Assembly: GCA_024278985.1 (NCBI GenBank)
Contig: JAJRSC010000012.1
Coordinates: 1 to 23,830, forward strand
DNA: 23,830 bases
DNA from: an archaeon
GTDB lineage: Archaea > AGJL01 > Methanococci > Methanococcales > Methanocaldococcaceae
Direction of reading: 5' to 3'
In this document: positions 1-10,581 of the stretch, one piece after another
How the letters are laid out: every line of letters begins with the position of its first letter
Position numbering within the stretch: position 1 is the first letter of the stretch
The notes under the pieces: generated by a model
The model's database searches: none
What the model saw: only the letters and a program-made list of their open reading frames with translations
Told to the model about the DNA's origin: nothing
Translations under genes and position numbers: made by a program

Positions 1-60
1 ATAATAGAAAAGGTTATATATTAGAAGAGATATTATACTAAATACGTAAAATTGCCCCTT
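1..60 (+). promoter_or_regulatory. CRISPR leader (partial) with BRE/TATA-like element
   Basis: AT-rich stretch directly before repeat 1, containing purine-rich GAAAAGG followed by TTATATA (about 7-20), the archaeal BRE-TATA arrangement. The degenerate repeat is at the opposite end of the array. Confidence 0.7.
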
Positions 61-699
61 GTTAAAATCAGACCGTTGCGGTATGGAAACGGGATTGCTG
101 GGGTGTATGGTTGTGTCACAACTGTGCAGTTAAAATCAGACCGTTGCGGTATGGAAACCTTCATTTCTTTTATAAATAATTTCTATTTTACCTTCCACCA
201 TCTCGTTAAAATCAGACCGTTGCGGTATGGAAACTTAATTAAATTACCATTTTCATCATATTCACTAATCGTTAAAATCAGACCGTTGCGGTATGGAAAC
301 TCTTGTATGCAATAAAGCATATAATTTCATGTGCTCCGTTAAAATCAGACCGTTGCGGTATGGAAACGATATAATAATTAAAAATACTGGGGAATATAAA
401 ATAGTTAAAATCAGACCGTTGCGGTATGGAAACTCATTATACTATTTGAAGCCCCATAATCAATTAGATAGTTAAAATCAGACCGTTGCGGTATGGAAAC
501 CAAAAATCAAAAAATTCAAATTTTTCAATCAAATGTTAAAATCAGACCGTTGCGGTATGGAAACAGAATTCTTGGTATGCTCTATAAACTATCTTTTCAA
601 GTTAAAATCAGACCGTTGCGGTATGGAAACACTGGACAATTGATTAAATATTGTGTCTCACATTGTATTGTTAAAATCAGACCGTTGCGGTATGAAAAC
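61..699 (+). CRISPR. CRISPR array, 10 x 30-bp repeat GTTAAAATCAGACCGTTGCGGTATGGAAAC, 9 spacers
   Basis: Repeats start at 61, 129, 205, 271, 338, 404, 471, 535, 601 and 670. Spacers are unique, 38/46/36/37/36/37/34/36/39 nt. The last repeat has one mismatch (TATGAAAAC). An ACCG-TTG-CGGT stem is followed by the 8-nt ATGGAAAC handle typical of Cas6-processed type I/III repeats. Confidence 0.99.
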
Positions 700-720
700 A
701 CTTAAAATAAAAAAGAATTT

Positions 721-2562
721 TTAGATTAATTCATCTAAAGAATAAACATTTATATTTCCTCTTCTAATTGCCTCTATAGCTTTTACTGCAGCTTTTGCAC
801 CTGAGACAGTTGTTATATATGGAATTCCATAATCAACTGCTGCTCTTCTAATATAGTATCCTTCAGATTTTGCTTTTTTACCAGAGGAGGTATTTATTAT
901 TAAATGAATTTTCCCTTCTTTTATTAAATTTAGTATATTATCTGTTGAACTTTCAGAGATTTTCTTAACTGTTCTTACAGGAATATTATGTTCTCTTAGA
1001 ACTTTTGCAGTACCTTCAGTTGCATAAATATTAAATCCAAATTCATGCAACTTTTTAGCTATATCAACAATCTTTAATTTATCTTTATCTCTAACACTTA
1101 TAAACACATTTCCCTCCTTAGGTAGTTCCATATTTGCAGAAAGTTGAGCCTTATAATATGCCTTACCAAAGTCATCATCTATTCCTATTGCCTCTCCTGT
1201 TGATTTCATCTCAGGTCCTAAAACAGGGTCTACTCCTGGTAATTTTAAGAATGGAAAGACAGATTCTTTTATTGATATATATTTTGGCTTAACTATCCAA
1301 ACCTTTTCTTTAACTTCTTCAACATTCTTATAATCCTTTAATAACTCATCTAACTTTTTACCAACTATAACCTTTGTAGCTATCTTAGCCAAAGGAATAC
1401 CAACTGATTTACTAACATATGGGACAGTTCTTGATGCTCTTGGATTTGCCTCCAAAACATAAACTTTTCCATCTTTTACTGCATACTGAACATTTAAAAG
1501 TCCTACAGTTTTTAAAGCCCTTGCCAACTTTGCTGTGTAGTCAATAACTTTATCTATAATTTCCCTGTTCAAAGTTTGAGGAGGTATAACAGTTGCTGAG
1601 TCTCCACTATGTACTCCTGCCTCTTCAATATGCTCCATTATTGCCCCAATAAGAACATTCTCCCCATCTGAAACTGCATCAACATCTAACTCAATAGCAT
1701 CCTCTAAAAATTTATCTATTAAAATTGGATGTTCCTTAGAGACTTGTGTAGCCTCTTTTATATACTCTCTTAATTCATCTTCAGAATAAACTATCTGCAT
1801 AGCTCTTCCTCCTAAAACATAGGAAGGTCTAACTAAAACAGGATATCCTATTTTTTTGGCTATTTTAATTGCCTCCTCCTCTGTGAAAGCAGTTCCACCT
1901 TCTGGTTGAGGAATATCTAATTCCTTCAAAAGTTTAGAAAACTCTTCTCTATCTTCTGCTCTATTTATATCTTCAGGACTTGTTCCTAAAATTTTTACTC
2001 CTACCTTTTTTAATTTTAATGCTAAATTTATTGATGTTTGCCCTCCAAACTGAACAATAACTCCTAAAACTTCTCCTTTTTTACTTTCCAATTCAACAAC
2101 ATTTAAAACATCTTCCAATGTTAATGGTTCAAAATATAATTTGTCTGAGGTATCATAATCTGTTGAAACTGTTTCAGGATTGTTATTTATAATAATTGCC
2201 TCAATACCTAACTCTTTTAATGCAAGTACTGCATGAACAGATGAATAATCAAACTCTATACCTTGCCCTATTCTTATTGGTCCTGAACCAAGTATTATGG
2301 CTTTTTTTCTATTTGAAGGATGGGATTCATTTTGCTCATCATAGTAAAATAGGGTCTCATATGTTGAGTAATAATAAGGAGTTTCTGCTTCAAATTCTGC
2401 TGCACAAGTATCTACCATTTTATATATTACTTCAATACCTAATTTTTTTCTTAATTCTCTAACTTTTGACTCATCCATATCTAATAAATTAGCAAGTTGT
2501 TTGTCTGAAAATCCTAATTTTTTAGCTTTTAGTAATATTTCCTTTAATTTTTCAATATCCAT
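721..2562 (-). CDS. carB2: Carbamoyl-phosphate synthase large chain, C-terminal section
   Basis: 613 aa. YKMVDTCAAEFEA, GSGPIRIGQGIEFDY, RPSYVLGGRAM, EANPRASRTVP and a C-terminal MGS-like domain. GGTGA RBS upstream of the ATG. Confidence 0.97.
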   Translation of the reverse strand: MDIEKLKEILLKAKKLGFSDKQLANLLDMDESKVRELRKKLGIEVIYKMVDTCAAEFEAETPYYYSTYETLFYYDEQNESHPSNRKKAIILGSGPIRIGQGIEFDYSSVHAVLALKELGIEAIIINNNPETVSTDYDTSDKLYFEPLTLEDVLNVVELESKKGEVLGVIVQFGGQTSINLALKLKKVGVKILGTSPEDINRAEDREEFSKLLKELDIPQPEGGTAFTEEEAIKIAKKIGYPVLVRPSYVLGGRAMQIVYSEDELREYIKEATQVSKEHPILIDKFLEDAIELDVDAVSDGENVLIGAIMEHIEEAGVHSGDSATVIPPQTLNREIIDKVIDYTAKLARALKTVGLLNVQYAVKDGKVYVLEANPRASRTVPYVSKSVGIPLAKIATKVIVGKKLDELLKDYKNVEEVKEKVWIVKPKYISIKESVFPFLKLPGVDPVLGPEMKSTGEAIGIDDDFGKAYYKAQLSANMELPKEGNVFISVRDKDKLKIVDIAKKLHEFGFNIYATEGTAKVLREHNIPVRTVKKISESSTDNILNLIKEGKIHLIINTSSGKKAKSEGYYIRRAAVDYGIPYITTVSGAKAAVKAIEAIRRGNINVYSLDELI

Positions 2563-2619
2563 ATAATCACCTTAAATATTTGAATAAAATTATAATATAA
2601 TATTTTAATCTACTTAATA

Positions 2620-4059
2620 CTATTCTACAAATTCCTTAATTTCATTTTTTAATCTCTCTAATTCTTTTTTCATATCAACAATATTTTTAATCTTTCTTAT
2701 AAAGAACTCATCAATATCAGTTAATTCCACTATTTTCTCAACACTCCAGCCTTTTTCTAATGCTTTAGCTATAACAAATATTCTCTCATCAGTTGGATTT
2801 TTTAGTATGTTTTCTATCTCTTCATCAGAATAATCCTTATCTTTTCCATCTCCTATTAAACCAAATCTTCCAATATCCAAACTTCTAATTGCCTTTTGTA
2901 AAGCTTCTTCAAAACTTCTACCTATAGCCATAACTTCTCCCGTAGATTTCATAAAAGTGGTTAATCTTTTATCAACTTCTTTAAATTTATCAAATGGCCA
3001 TCTTGGAATCTTTACAACAACATAGTCAATAGTTGGCTCAAAACTTGCAGGGGTTTTTTTAGTAACATCATTTAATATTTCATTTAACCTTCTACCAACT
3101 GCTATTTTAGCTGCTATTCTTGCTATTGGATAGCCTGTTGCCTTACTTGCTAGGGCAGAACTTCTTGATACCCTTGGATTTACCTCTATAACTCTATATT
3201 CTGTATGGTCTTTATTTACTGCAAATTGTATATTACATCCTCCTTCAATTTTTAGGTGTCTAATAACTTTTATTGCAGAATTTCTTAATTTTTGATACAT
3301 TTCATCAGAAAGTGTTTGTATAGGAGCTGTAACAATACTTTCTCCAGTATGTATTCCCATGGGGTCTATGTTCTCCATACCACAAACAATAATACAGGTG
3401 TCATTTTTGTCTCTCATAACTTCAAGTTCAAACTCTTTCCAACCTAAGACACTTTCATCAATTAAAACCTGATTAATAATAGAAAGTTTTAATCCTCTTT
3501 CTACTATCTCCTTAAGTTCCTCCTCATTATGTGCAACTCCTCCTCCAGTACCTCCTAAAGTATATGCTGGTCTAACAATTACAGGATAACCTATTTCATT
3601 GACAAATTCAATTGCCTCCTCAACAGAATTTACTGCTTTAGATTTTGTTATTGGTTCATTTATCTCATTCATTGCCTTTCTAAAGAGTTCTCTATCCTCT
3701 GCAATTTCAATTGTGTTTATATTTGAACCTAAAAGCTTTATTCCATATTTATCTAAAACTCCTCTTCTATATAATTCCAAAGCTAAATTTAATCCCGTCT
3801 GTCCTCCCATTGTTGGAAGAATTGCATCTGGTCTTTCTTTTTCAATAATTTTCTCAACAATATCAGGATGTAGTGGCTCTAAATATACTTTATCTGCCAT
3901 ATCTATATCTGTCTGTATTGTTGCAGGGTTTGAATTTACTAAAATAGTATAATATCCTTCTTCCTTCAAAGCTTTACATGCTTGAGAACCAGAAAAATCA
4001 AATTCTGCAGCTTGACCAATTACTATAGGACCTGAACCAAAAATCATTATTTTTTCCAT
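2620..4059 (-). CDS. carB1: Carbamoyl-phosphate synthase large chain, N-terminal section
   Basis: 479 aa. [61 protein letters not shown] upstream. Confidence 0.97.
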   Translation of the reverse strand: MEKIMIFGSGPIVIGQAAEFDFSGSQACKALKEEGYYTILVNSNPATIQTDIDMADKVYLEPLHPDIVEKIIEKERPDAILPTMGGQTGLNLALELYRRGVLDKYGIKLLGSNINTIEIAEDRELFRKAMNEINEPITKSKAVNSVEEAIEFVNEIGYPVIVRPAYTLGGTGGGVAHNEEELKEIVERGLKLSIINQVLIDESVLGWKEFELEVMRDKNDTCIIVCGMENIDPMGIHTGESIVTAPIQTLSDEMYQKLRNSAIKVIRHLKIEGGCNIQFAVNKDHTEYRVIEVNPRVSRSSALASKATGYPIARIAAKIAVGRRLNEILNDVTKKTPASFEPTIDYVVVKIPRWPFDKFKEVDKRLTTFMKSTGEVMAIGRSFEEALQKAIRSLDIGRFGLIGDGKDKDYSDEEIENILKNPTDERIFVIAKALEKGWSVEKIVELTDIDEFFIRKIKNIVDMKKELERLKNEIKEFVE

Positions 4060-4165
4060 TCTTTCACCAATATATTTAAAAATTTGATTTTAACATTCCA
4101 AAATTTTTTTAATTTGGGCCTATGCAAATAGGATTACTATCATTATTAAAATTAAATAGTATATA

Positions 4166-5500
4166 TTATTTATTGAACTTATTTAAAGCATCTTCAGCAG
4201 CCAAAGATATTGGTTCATTTACCATCTTAACAGGAGGAGCATAACAAAACTCTCCCATGGCTAAGTCATCAGCTGTTAATCTATTAAATATGGATAAAGT
4301 TAAAGCATCTATTCTTTCAGCAACTCTTTCATATCCAACTATCTGTGCCCCTAAAATCTTTTTATTTTCTCCAAATATCAATTTAACAATTAAATCCTTA
4401 CCACCAGGGTAGTATCTTGCTCTACTTAATGCTTTAATTTTTCCAACAACAACAGGAATTCTTTTTAAATTTGCTGAAAATGCAGTTAATCCAGTTCCTC
4501 CCACTTCTAAATCTCCAATTTTACTAATAGCTGAGTTAAGAACTGGAGGGAACTTACAAGGAATGCCAACAATATTTTTTCCTGCAACTTTTCCCTGTCT
4601 AACAGCAGTAGAACCAAAAGGAGATAATGTTTTTTCTTTGGTTATAAAATCAATCACTTCAACACAATCTCCAACAGCATAAATATTAGATACTGATGTT
4701 TGCATTTTATCATTAACTTTTATTCCAAACTTTCCTATATTACAACCAGCTTTTTTAGCCAACTCTATATTTGGCCTTACTCCAGTAGAAAGAATAACCA
4801 TATCAACATCATAAACTTTTTTATCAACACATATACCCTTTACTTTTTTATCTCCTAAAATTTTCTCTAAAGGTTTTGAGAGAATAAATTTAATTCCTTT
4901 ATCTTCTAAATATTTCTGAACAATCTCAGCCATATCAGGGTCTAAAAATCTTGGTAAAACTTGAGGAGCCATTTCTACAACTAAAACATCTAATCCTCTC
5001 TCTTTTAAAGCATAGGCCATTTCTAAACCAATAGCTCCAGCCCCAATTATAGCAACACTTTTACTATTTTCTGAATACTCTAAAATCTTTTTACCATCTT
5101 CAACTGTTTTAACAGTAAAAACACCCTCTAAATTTACTCCCTCTATTGGAGGAATAAATGGAGTTGAACCTGTTGCCAATACTAAATAATCATATTCTAT
5201 TTCTTCCTCTTTTCCATCTTTAATATATTTAACCTTATTTTTATTAGAGTCAATATCAATAACTTCACTCTCTATAATAATATCAATATTTCTCTTTCTT
5301 TTGTAGTCCTCTGGAGAGTGCATAATAATATCATCAAAATCCTTAATTTTTCCTTCAATTACATAAGGAATTGCACATGGAGAATAAGCTATATACTTCT
5401 CCCTCGTTAGGACAATAATCTCAATATCCTTATTATACTTTCTTATTGTCGATGCCGTTGTTAAACCTGCAGCTCCTGACCCAACTATAACAACTCTCAT
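4166..5500 (-). CDS. NADH oxidase / CoA-disulfide reductase family flavoprotein
   Basis: 444 aa. N-terminal GSGAAG FAD-binding motif, single redox Cys in [23 protein letters not shown]-binding motif, TSxxxIYAVGD and C-terminal YAPP. ATGA overlap with tyrS. Confidence 0.88.
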   Translation of the reverse strand: MRVVIVGSGAAGLTTASTIRKYNKDIEIIVLTREKYIAYSPCAIPYVIEGKIKDFDDIIMHSPEDYKRKRNIDIIIESEVIDIDSNKNKVKYIKDGKEEEIEYDYLVLATGSTPFIPPIEGVNLEGVFTVKTVEDGKKILEYSENSKSVAIIGAGAIGLEMAYALKERGLDVLVVEMAPQVLPRFLDPDMAEIVQKYLEDKGIKFILSKPLEKILGDKKVKGICVDKKVYDVDMVILSTGVRPNIELAKKAGCNIGKFGIKVNDKMQTSVSNIYAVGDCVEVIDFITKEKTLSPFGSTAVRQGKVAGKNIVGIPCKFPPVLNSAISKIGDLEVGGTGLTAFSANLKRIPVVVGKIKALSRARYYPGGKDLIVKLIFGENKKILGAQIVGYERVAERIDALTLSIFNRLTADDLAMGEFCYAPPVKMVNEPISLAAEDALNKFNK

Positions 5501-6411
5501 AATCTCTCCCTAATTGGTTCTAATATTTTTATCAGTTCTTCAGCAACAGTATTTTTTAAATCCATTGGATGAAGTTTTTTCTCCTTAAATAATGTTTCAA
5601 GTTCATCATAACTCTTTACTTCTATATCTCCTCCAAACTTTTCAGGTCTTTTTATTGTTAATGGATATTTTAAGAAATATTTAGATATTTCCAATATTGG
5701 ATTTCCTTCAACTACTCCAATAGGACAGTATGCTTTTTTAATTTTTTCTCTAATTACTTCTGGAGAGTCATCAACTGCTATATAATTCCCTTTAGATGAA
5801 CTCATCTTACCTTTTCCATCCAAACCTGTCAATACTGGATTATGAATATAAACAACTTTTTTAGGTAATAACTCCCTCGCAAGCATGTGAATCTTTCTTT
5901 GCTCTAAACCACCAACAGCTACATCTACATCTAAATAATATATATCATTTACCTGCATAATTGGATATATGACTTCAGCAACTTTTGGATTTTCATCTTC
6001 TCTTGCTATTAACTCCATACTTCTCCTTGCTCTTTTTAAGGTAGTTTTTAGGGCTAATTTATAAACATTTAATGTATAATCTTTATCCAATTGAAATTCA
6101 CTACCATAGATATAATTTGCCTTTAAACCCATTGCATTAAAAACTTTTTTGTTGTACTCTCCAATTTCCTGAATTTCTTCTAAGGTTCCTTTTTGATTAA
6201 GATAGGCATGTAAATCTGCTAATAGTATTATAATATCAAAACCTGCCTTTTCTAAATCCATCATTTTTTTTATTTGTAAATAATGCCCTAAATGTATCTT
6301 TCCACTTGGCTCAAATCCAATATATGCCTTTTTTTCTTTTTTATTTAATATTTCTTTAAGTTCCTCCTCAGTTATTATTTCAGCAGTGTTTTTTTTAATC
6401 TCCTCTATCAA
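5497..6411 (-). CDS. tyrS: Tyrosine--tRNA ligase
   Basis: [14 protein letters not shown] (HIGH), [16 protein letters not shown] and KMSSS. Start placed at the TTG at 6411 because GGAGGG lies just upstream; the ORF track start at 6426 overlaps that RBS. Confidence 0.97.
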   Translation of the reverse strand: MIEEIKKNTAEIITEEELKEILNKKEKKAYIGFEPSGKIHLGHYLQIKKMMDLEKAGFDIIILLADLHAYLNQKGTLEEIQEIGEYNKKVFNAMGLKANYIYGSEFQLDKDYTLNVYKLALKTTLKRARRSMELIAREDENPKVAEVIYPIMQVNDIYYLDVDVAVGGLEQRKIHMLARELLPKKVVYIHNPVLTGLDGKGKMSSSKGNYIAVDDSPEVIREKIKKAYCPIGVVEGNPILEISKYFLKYPLTIKRPEKFGGDIEVKSYDELETLFKEKKLHPMDLKNTVAEELIKILEPIRERL

Positions 6412-6430
6412 ATCATTTCCCTCCAAAATT

Positions 6431-8086
6431 TTATTTTAAGATTGCCCCCTCAGATGCAGAACTTACCAGTTTAGCATATCTGGCAAGATATCCTTTTTTA
6501 ACTTTTGGTTCTGGTTTTTTCCATTTACTTAATCTATCTTTTAACTCTTCTTCACTTATTAATAAATCTAATGTTTTATTAATCATATCAATCTTTATAA
6601 TATCTCCATCTTTAACAACTGCTATAGGACCTCCAGCCATTGCCTCTGGGGATATATGCCCAATACATGGCCCCCTGCTACCTCCTGAAAATCTACCATC
6701 TGTTATTAAAGCAACATCCTTATCTAAACCCATCCCACATATTGCTGATGTTGGAGCTAACATTTCTCTCATTCCTGGCCCTCCAGCAGGACCTTCATAT
6801 CTAATAACTACAACATCTCCCTTTTCAATCTCTCCATTTAATATGGCTTTAACAGCATCCTATTCACAATCATAAACCTTAGCAGTTCCTTCAAATCTAT
6901 ACATCTCTTCACTAACAGCAGAAATTTTTACTACTGCTCCATCAGGGGCTAAATTTCCTCTTAGTATTCTAATTCCAGCTGTTTTATGAACTGGATTATT
7001 AACTGGCCTAATTATATTATAATCAATATAATCCACTTCTTTAATAATCTCCCCAACTGTCTTACCACTAACTGTTAAACAGTTTTTTCTAATTTTTTCT
7101 TCTAAAACTTTCAATACTGCAGGAATTCCTCCAGCTCTATGTAAGTCAATTATAAAATTCTCTCCTCCTGGTCTTAAAGAAGCAATATGAGGAACTTCAT
7201 CAGATAATCTATCAAAATCATCCGATGTTATAAACTTTGGTTTAACTTCATGGGCTATAGCAGGAATATGAAGAGTTGTGTTTGTTGAACCTCCTAAAGC
7301 TAAATCAACTAATATAGCATTTTCAAATGCTTCCTTAGTTAAAATCTTATCTGGAGTTATATTATTCTTTACTAAATCAACAATTCTCATTCCACTTTTT
7401 TTAGCAATTCTTATTTTTTCAGCAGTATTTGCATGAGATGTTGCACAGTAAGGAAGAGACAATCCTAATGCTTCAGTTATACAGGCCATTGTATTGGCAG
7501 TAAATAATCCTGCACAACTTCCTGCTCCTGGACAGGCAATATTTTCTATATCTTTGAGCTCTTTCTCAGATATTTTTCCAGCAGAATATTGCCCAACTCC
7601 TTCAAATACACTAATTAAATCATATCTTTTTCCTCTATATTCTCCTGGAAACATTGGTCCTCCAGTTACAACTATAAAAGGGAGGCCTGTCCTTATAGCT
7701 CCCATTATCATTCCAGGAACTATTTTATCACAACTTGGAATTAAAACTAATCCATCAAATCCATGGGCTTTTGCCATACTTTCTACAGTATCAGCAATAA
7801 TCTCTCTTGAAGGTAATGAATATCTCATCCCCTCATGACCCATTGCTATTCCATCACATATAGCCATTGTATTGAATTCAAAAGCTGTTCCTCCATTTGC
7901 ATATATTCCCTTTTTAACTGCTTCAGCAACCTCTCTTAAGTGTATATGTCCTGGAACAACTTCAGTAAAGCTATTAACAACTCCTATAAATGGCCTTTCT
8001 ATCTCTTCATCTGTATATCCACAAGCTTTTAATAAACTTCTATGTGGTGCTCTTTCAATACCTTTTTTAACTCTATCACTTATCAT
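6431..8086 (-). CDS. ilvD: Dihydroxy-acid dehydratase, interrupted by one in-frame TAG at 6860-6862
   Basis: [41 protein letters not shown] and TDGRFSG. The two ORF-track pieces share a frame, and the 29 codons between them read [29 protein letters not shown], normal IlvD sequence. Start is the ATG at 8086 (after GAGGGA) or at 8098. Confidence 0.93.
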
Positions 8087-8094
8087 TTTGTCCC

Positions 8095-9576
8095 TCATAA
8101 AAGTGTCTCAACATTTTTATATTTCTTTAATAGTTTAATATTAACCTCTGGTAAGAAGGAAGTTATATATGTTTTTTTACTATTTTCAATAGCCTTTTTA
8201 TCATCTCTTCCACAAGGATATGCATTAATTCCCAAAGAATTTAAAATTTTTATTGTTGCTTTTTCTACCCATTTATCTTTATCAGATATATATACTTCTT
8301 CAACCTTTTCAGATATTGCCCAAGATATATATCTTCCTCCCAATAAACCAACTATGTCCTCATTAATATCATCTAAAATTTTGGAAGGTTTAAATTGTTT
8401 AATTAACTTACTATTTTTTATAGTCCTCCAATGAGCATCTCCTAAATAAAAGTTACCAACTCTATAAGGATATATTTTATCTCCTAAAAAATTACATCCA
8501 TATGCAATTCCCTTAATTATATCTTTATCTATTAAATTAACATTTAAATGTTTTAATTCTTCTCTAACTATCTTTATAACTCTTCTTAATCCAAAATTAC
8601 CTCTTTTTGCTTCTTTTATATTATATCCACACATATATCCATGATGATTTTGTGGGAATCCAGTTAGGATAACATTCAACCCAGCTCTTAAACCAACTCT
8701 TAACTCATTTTCATATGCTCCATTTGTCCCTACAACACCTCCCTTACATAAAAGTCTTGATAATACAACAGCTTTAGCATATGTTTTTAATCTATCTTTA
8801 GCTCTATTAAATGGAGCTCCTTCAATAACAAAAACATCAACATCTAAATCTATACATGCCAATAAACCATCAATTAAATCATCTCTTCCATCACCAATAT
8901 GAAAAATTCCTTCAACAACTTTTCCAAATTTTTTGGCAGTTTCTGCCACTATCTTCATCTCTTCTATTGGAGGAGCATGACCTTCAACTTGTTCCTCAAC
9001 AACATTTACACACACAGAAGAAGACAATTTTATCCAATCTAAAAACTCATCTTTATGTTCTTTTTCTTTATCAATTAATCTTTTGTATATCCTTCCAAGA
9101 GGGCAAGATTTTGCCATTCCTCTATAATAGCACTCTCCATAACAGTGAGTTATTTCCTTTGGAAATCTCATAGGTCCATACATTCCAAAGTGGTCTATAT
9201 CAATTGGAACATTTACAGAGTTGTATATCTCCTTAAAGAGCTCAATTGGTTTAAGATTTTCTTTTTCAGCTATATCTGCAATAGCATAACCACAAATATG
9301 TATTGGAAGACCCATAAAATCAGATAATATACAATTCTCTAATAACTCATTTTTAGATAAAAGAGATGAACAGGGTCCAACTGCAATCTCAATTAAATCA
9401 CAACCAAGAGGGAACTTCCTAAAATTATTTCCAAGTTTTATTAATTCATCAAGAGAAAGGTTATCAATCTCATCGTATAACTCTAATATCAGACTTTCAT
9501 TAACTTTCTTTTCTAATATTTCTCTTCTTAACTCTAAACAACTATCTAAGTTATTTATACACTCTTTTATTCTCAT
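8095..9576 (-). CDS. hcgG: FeGP ([Fe]-hydrogenase) cofactor biosynthesis protein HcgG/HmdC
   Basis: About 500 aa with [39 protein letters not shown] and NHHGYMCGY, which I recognise as the HmdC/HcgG family. The ATG at 9576 has a GAGGA RBS; the ORF track starts at 9597. Confidence 0.8.
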   Translation of the reverse strand: MRIKECINNLDSCLELRREILEKKVNESLILELYDEIDNLSLDELIKLGNNFRKFPLGCDLIEIAVGPCSSLLSKNELLENCILSDFMGLPIHICGYAIADIAEKENLKPIELFKEIYNSVNVPIDIDHFGMYGPMRFPKEITHCYGECYYRGMAKSCPLGRIYKRLIDKEKEHKDEFLDWIKLSSSVCVNVVEEQVEGHAPPIEEMKIVAETAKKFGKVVEGIFHIGDGRDDLIDGLLACIDLDVDVFVIEGAPFNRAKDRLKTYAKAVVLSRLLCKGGVVGTNGAYENELRVGLRAGLNVILTGFPQNHHGYMCGYNIKEAKRGNFGLRRVIKIVREELKHLNVNLIDKDIIKGIAYGCNFLGDKIYPYRVGNFYLGDAHWRTIKNSKLIKQFKPSKILDDINEDIVGLLGGRYISWAISEKVEEVYISDKDKWVEKATIKILNSLGINAYPCGRDDKKAIENSKKTYITSFLPEVNIKLLKKYKNVETLL

Positions 9577-9660
9577 AATATCCTCAAAAGAATTCATAAA
9601 AATATATTAATATACTATTATAATTTTTTAGTAGTATTATAATATAGTATTATGAAATTA

Positions 9661-9677
9661 AAATAATAAAAAAATAA
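9661..9677 (-). terminator. Putative archaeal oligo-T terminator after aroA'
   Basis: T-rich tract (TTATTTTTTTATTATTT on the minus strand) immediately after the aroA' stop codon. Confidence 0.35.
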
Positions 9678-10496
9678 TTATTTTTTAATTTCTTTTAATG
9701 CCTCTTCAACAGAAGCATTTTCATGAACTATTTTACATACTGCTCTTGTTATTCCAACAACATCCTTATGTTGGAAGATATTTCTTCCAACTGCTACACC
9801 TGCAGCTCCTGCTTCCATAGCATCTTTAATCATTTGTAAGAATTCTTCATCTGTTTTGGTTTTTGGACCTCCTGCTATAACTATAGGAGCAGGACATCCT
9901 TTTACAACTTCTCTAAATGTATCAATATCTCCTGTATAACTTGTTTTAATTATATCTGCTCCTAACTCTGCTCCTAATCTTGCAACATGAGCAACTAATT
10001 CAGGGTCTCTTTCATCTTTAATATGCTTTCCTCTTGGGTACATCATAGCAATTAACGGCATTCCCCAGTATTCACATGTCTCTGCAATAATTCCTAAATC
10101 TTTATATGCTTCCCAATCCTCATCAGAACCAACATTTATATGAACTGAAACAGCATCTGCACCCATCCTTATAGCTTCTTCTACAGTGGTGACAATTACC
10201 TTTTTTAAAGGATTTGGAGATATTGATGTTCCTGCTGAAAGATGAATAATTAATCCTATATCTTTACCATATCCTCTATGACCATGTCTAACAATACCTT
10301 TATGTAAAAGGACAGCATTAGCTCCTCCTTCAGCAACATTATTTATTGTTTTTTTCATATCAACCAATCCAGGAATTGGACCATTAGAAACACCATGGTC
10401 CATAGGAACTATAACAGTTTTTTCACTTTCTTTATTAAATATTCTCTCTAACCTTACAAGTTTTCCAAGATTTTTTATATCTTTAAATAACTCCAT
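9678..10496 (-). CDS. aroA': 2-amino-3,7-dideoxy-D-threo-hept-6-ulosonate (ADH) synthase, class I aldolase (MJ0400 orthologue)
   Basis: [21 protein letters not shown]-terminus, PMDHG, MYPRG, Schiff-base Lys in [19 protein letters not shown]. The ATG at 10496 is preceded by GGTGAG. Confidence 0.9.
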   Translation of the reverse strand: MELFKDIKNLGKLVRLERIFNKESEKTVIVPMDHGVSNGPIPGLVDMKKTINNVAEGGANAVLLHKGIVRHGHRGYGKDIGLIIHLSAGTSISPNPLKKVIVTTVEEAIRMGADAVSVHINVGSDEDWEAYKDLGIIAETCEYWGMPLIAMMYPRGKHIKDERDPELVAHVARLGAELGADIIKTSYTGDIDTFREVVKGCPAPIVIAGGPKTKTDEEFLQMIKDAMEAGAAGVAVGRNIFQHKDVVGITRAVCKIVHENASVEEALKEIKK

Positions 10497-10506
10497 ACTT
10501 CTCACC

Positions 10507-10581
10507 TTTAAGAAAATTTAATATAATATCATTTAAATTATTTACAATAAGCCCTATATATAAAATTTTTTAGTGATTAGT
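10507..10581. promoter_or_regulatory. Divergent promoter region aroA' / trpS
   Basis: Short AT-rich intergenic region between divergent starts, with a TATATATAAA element at about 10555-10564. Confidence 0.45.

Noticed and set aside
110-669. Resemblance between spacer 1 (TTGTGTCACAACTGT) and spacer 9 (TTGTGTCTCACATTGT)
   Set aside because: Only a short gapped similarity; not enough to claim a shared target.
52-705. Three short ORFs with repeated VKIRPLRYGN
   Set aside because: They are translations of the 30-bp CRISPR repeat and spacers, not a repeat protein or RiPP precursor.
2563-2622. Read-through fusion of carB1 to carB2 (same frame, TAG stop)
   Set aside because: Four further TAA codons lie in the 19-codon gap and carB2 has its own RBS.
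9605-9655. Imperfect inverted repeat (ATACTATTATA ... TATAATATAGTAT) upstream of hcgG
   Set aside because: Almost pure A/T sequence where such symmetry arises by chance; cannot support an operator call.
10060-10072. 13-nt match of spacer 5 (AATACTGGGGAAT) to aroA'
   Set aside because: Too short, flanks do not align; not a self-targeting protospacer.
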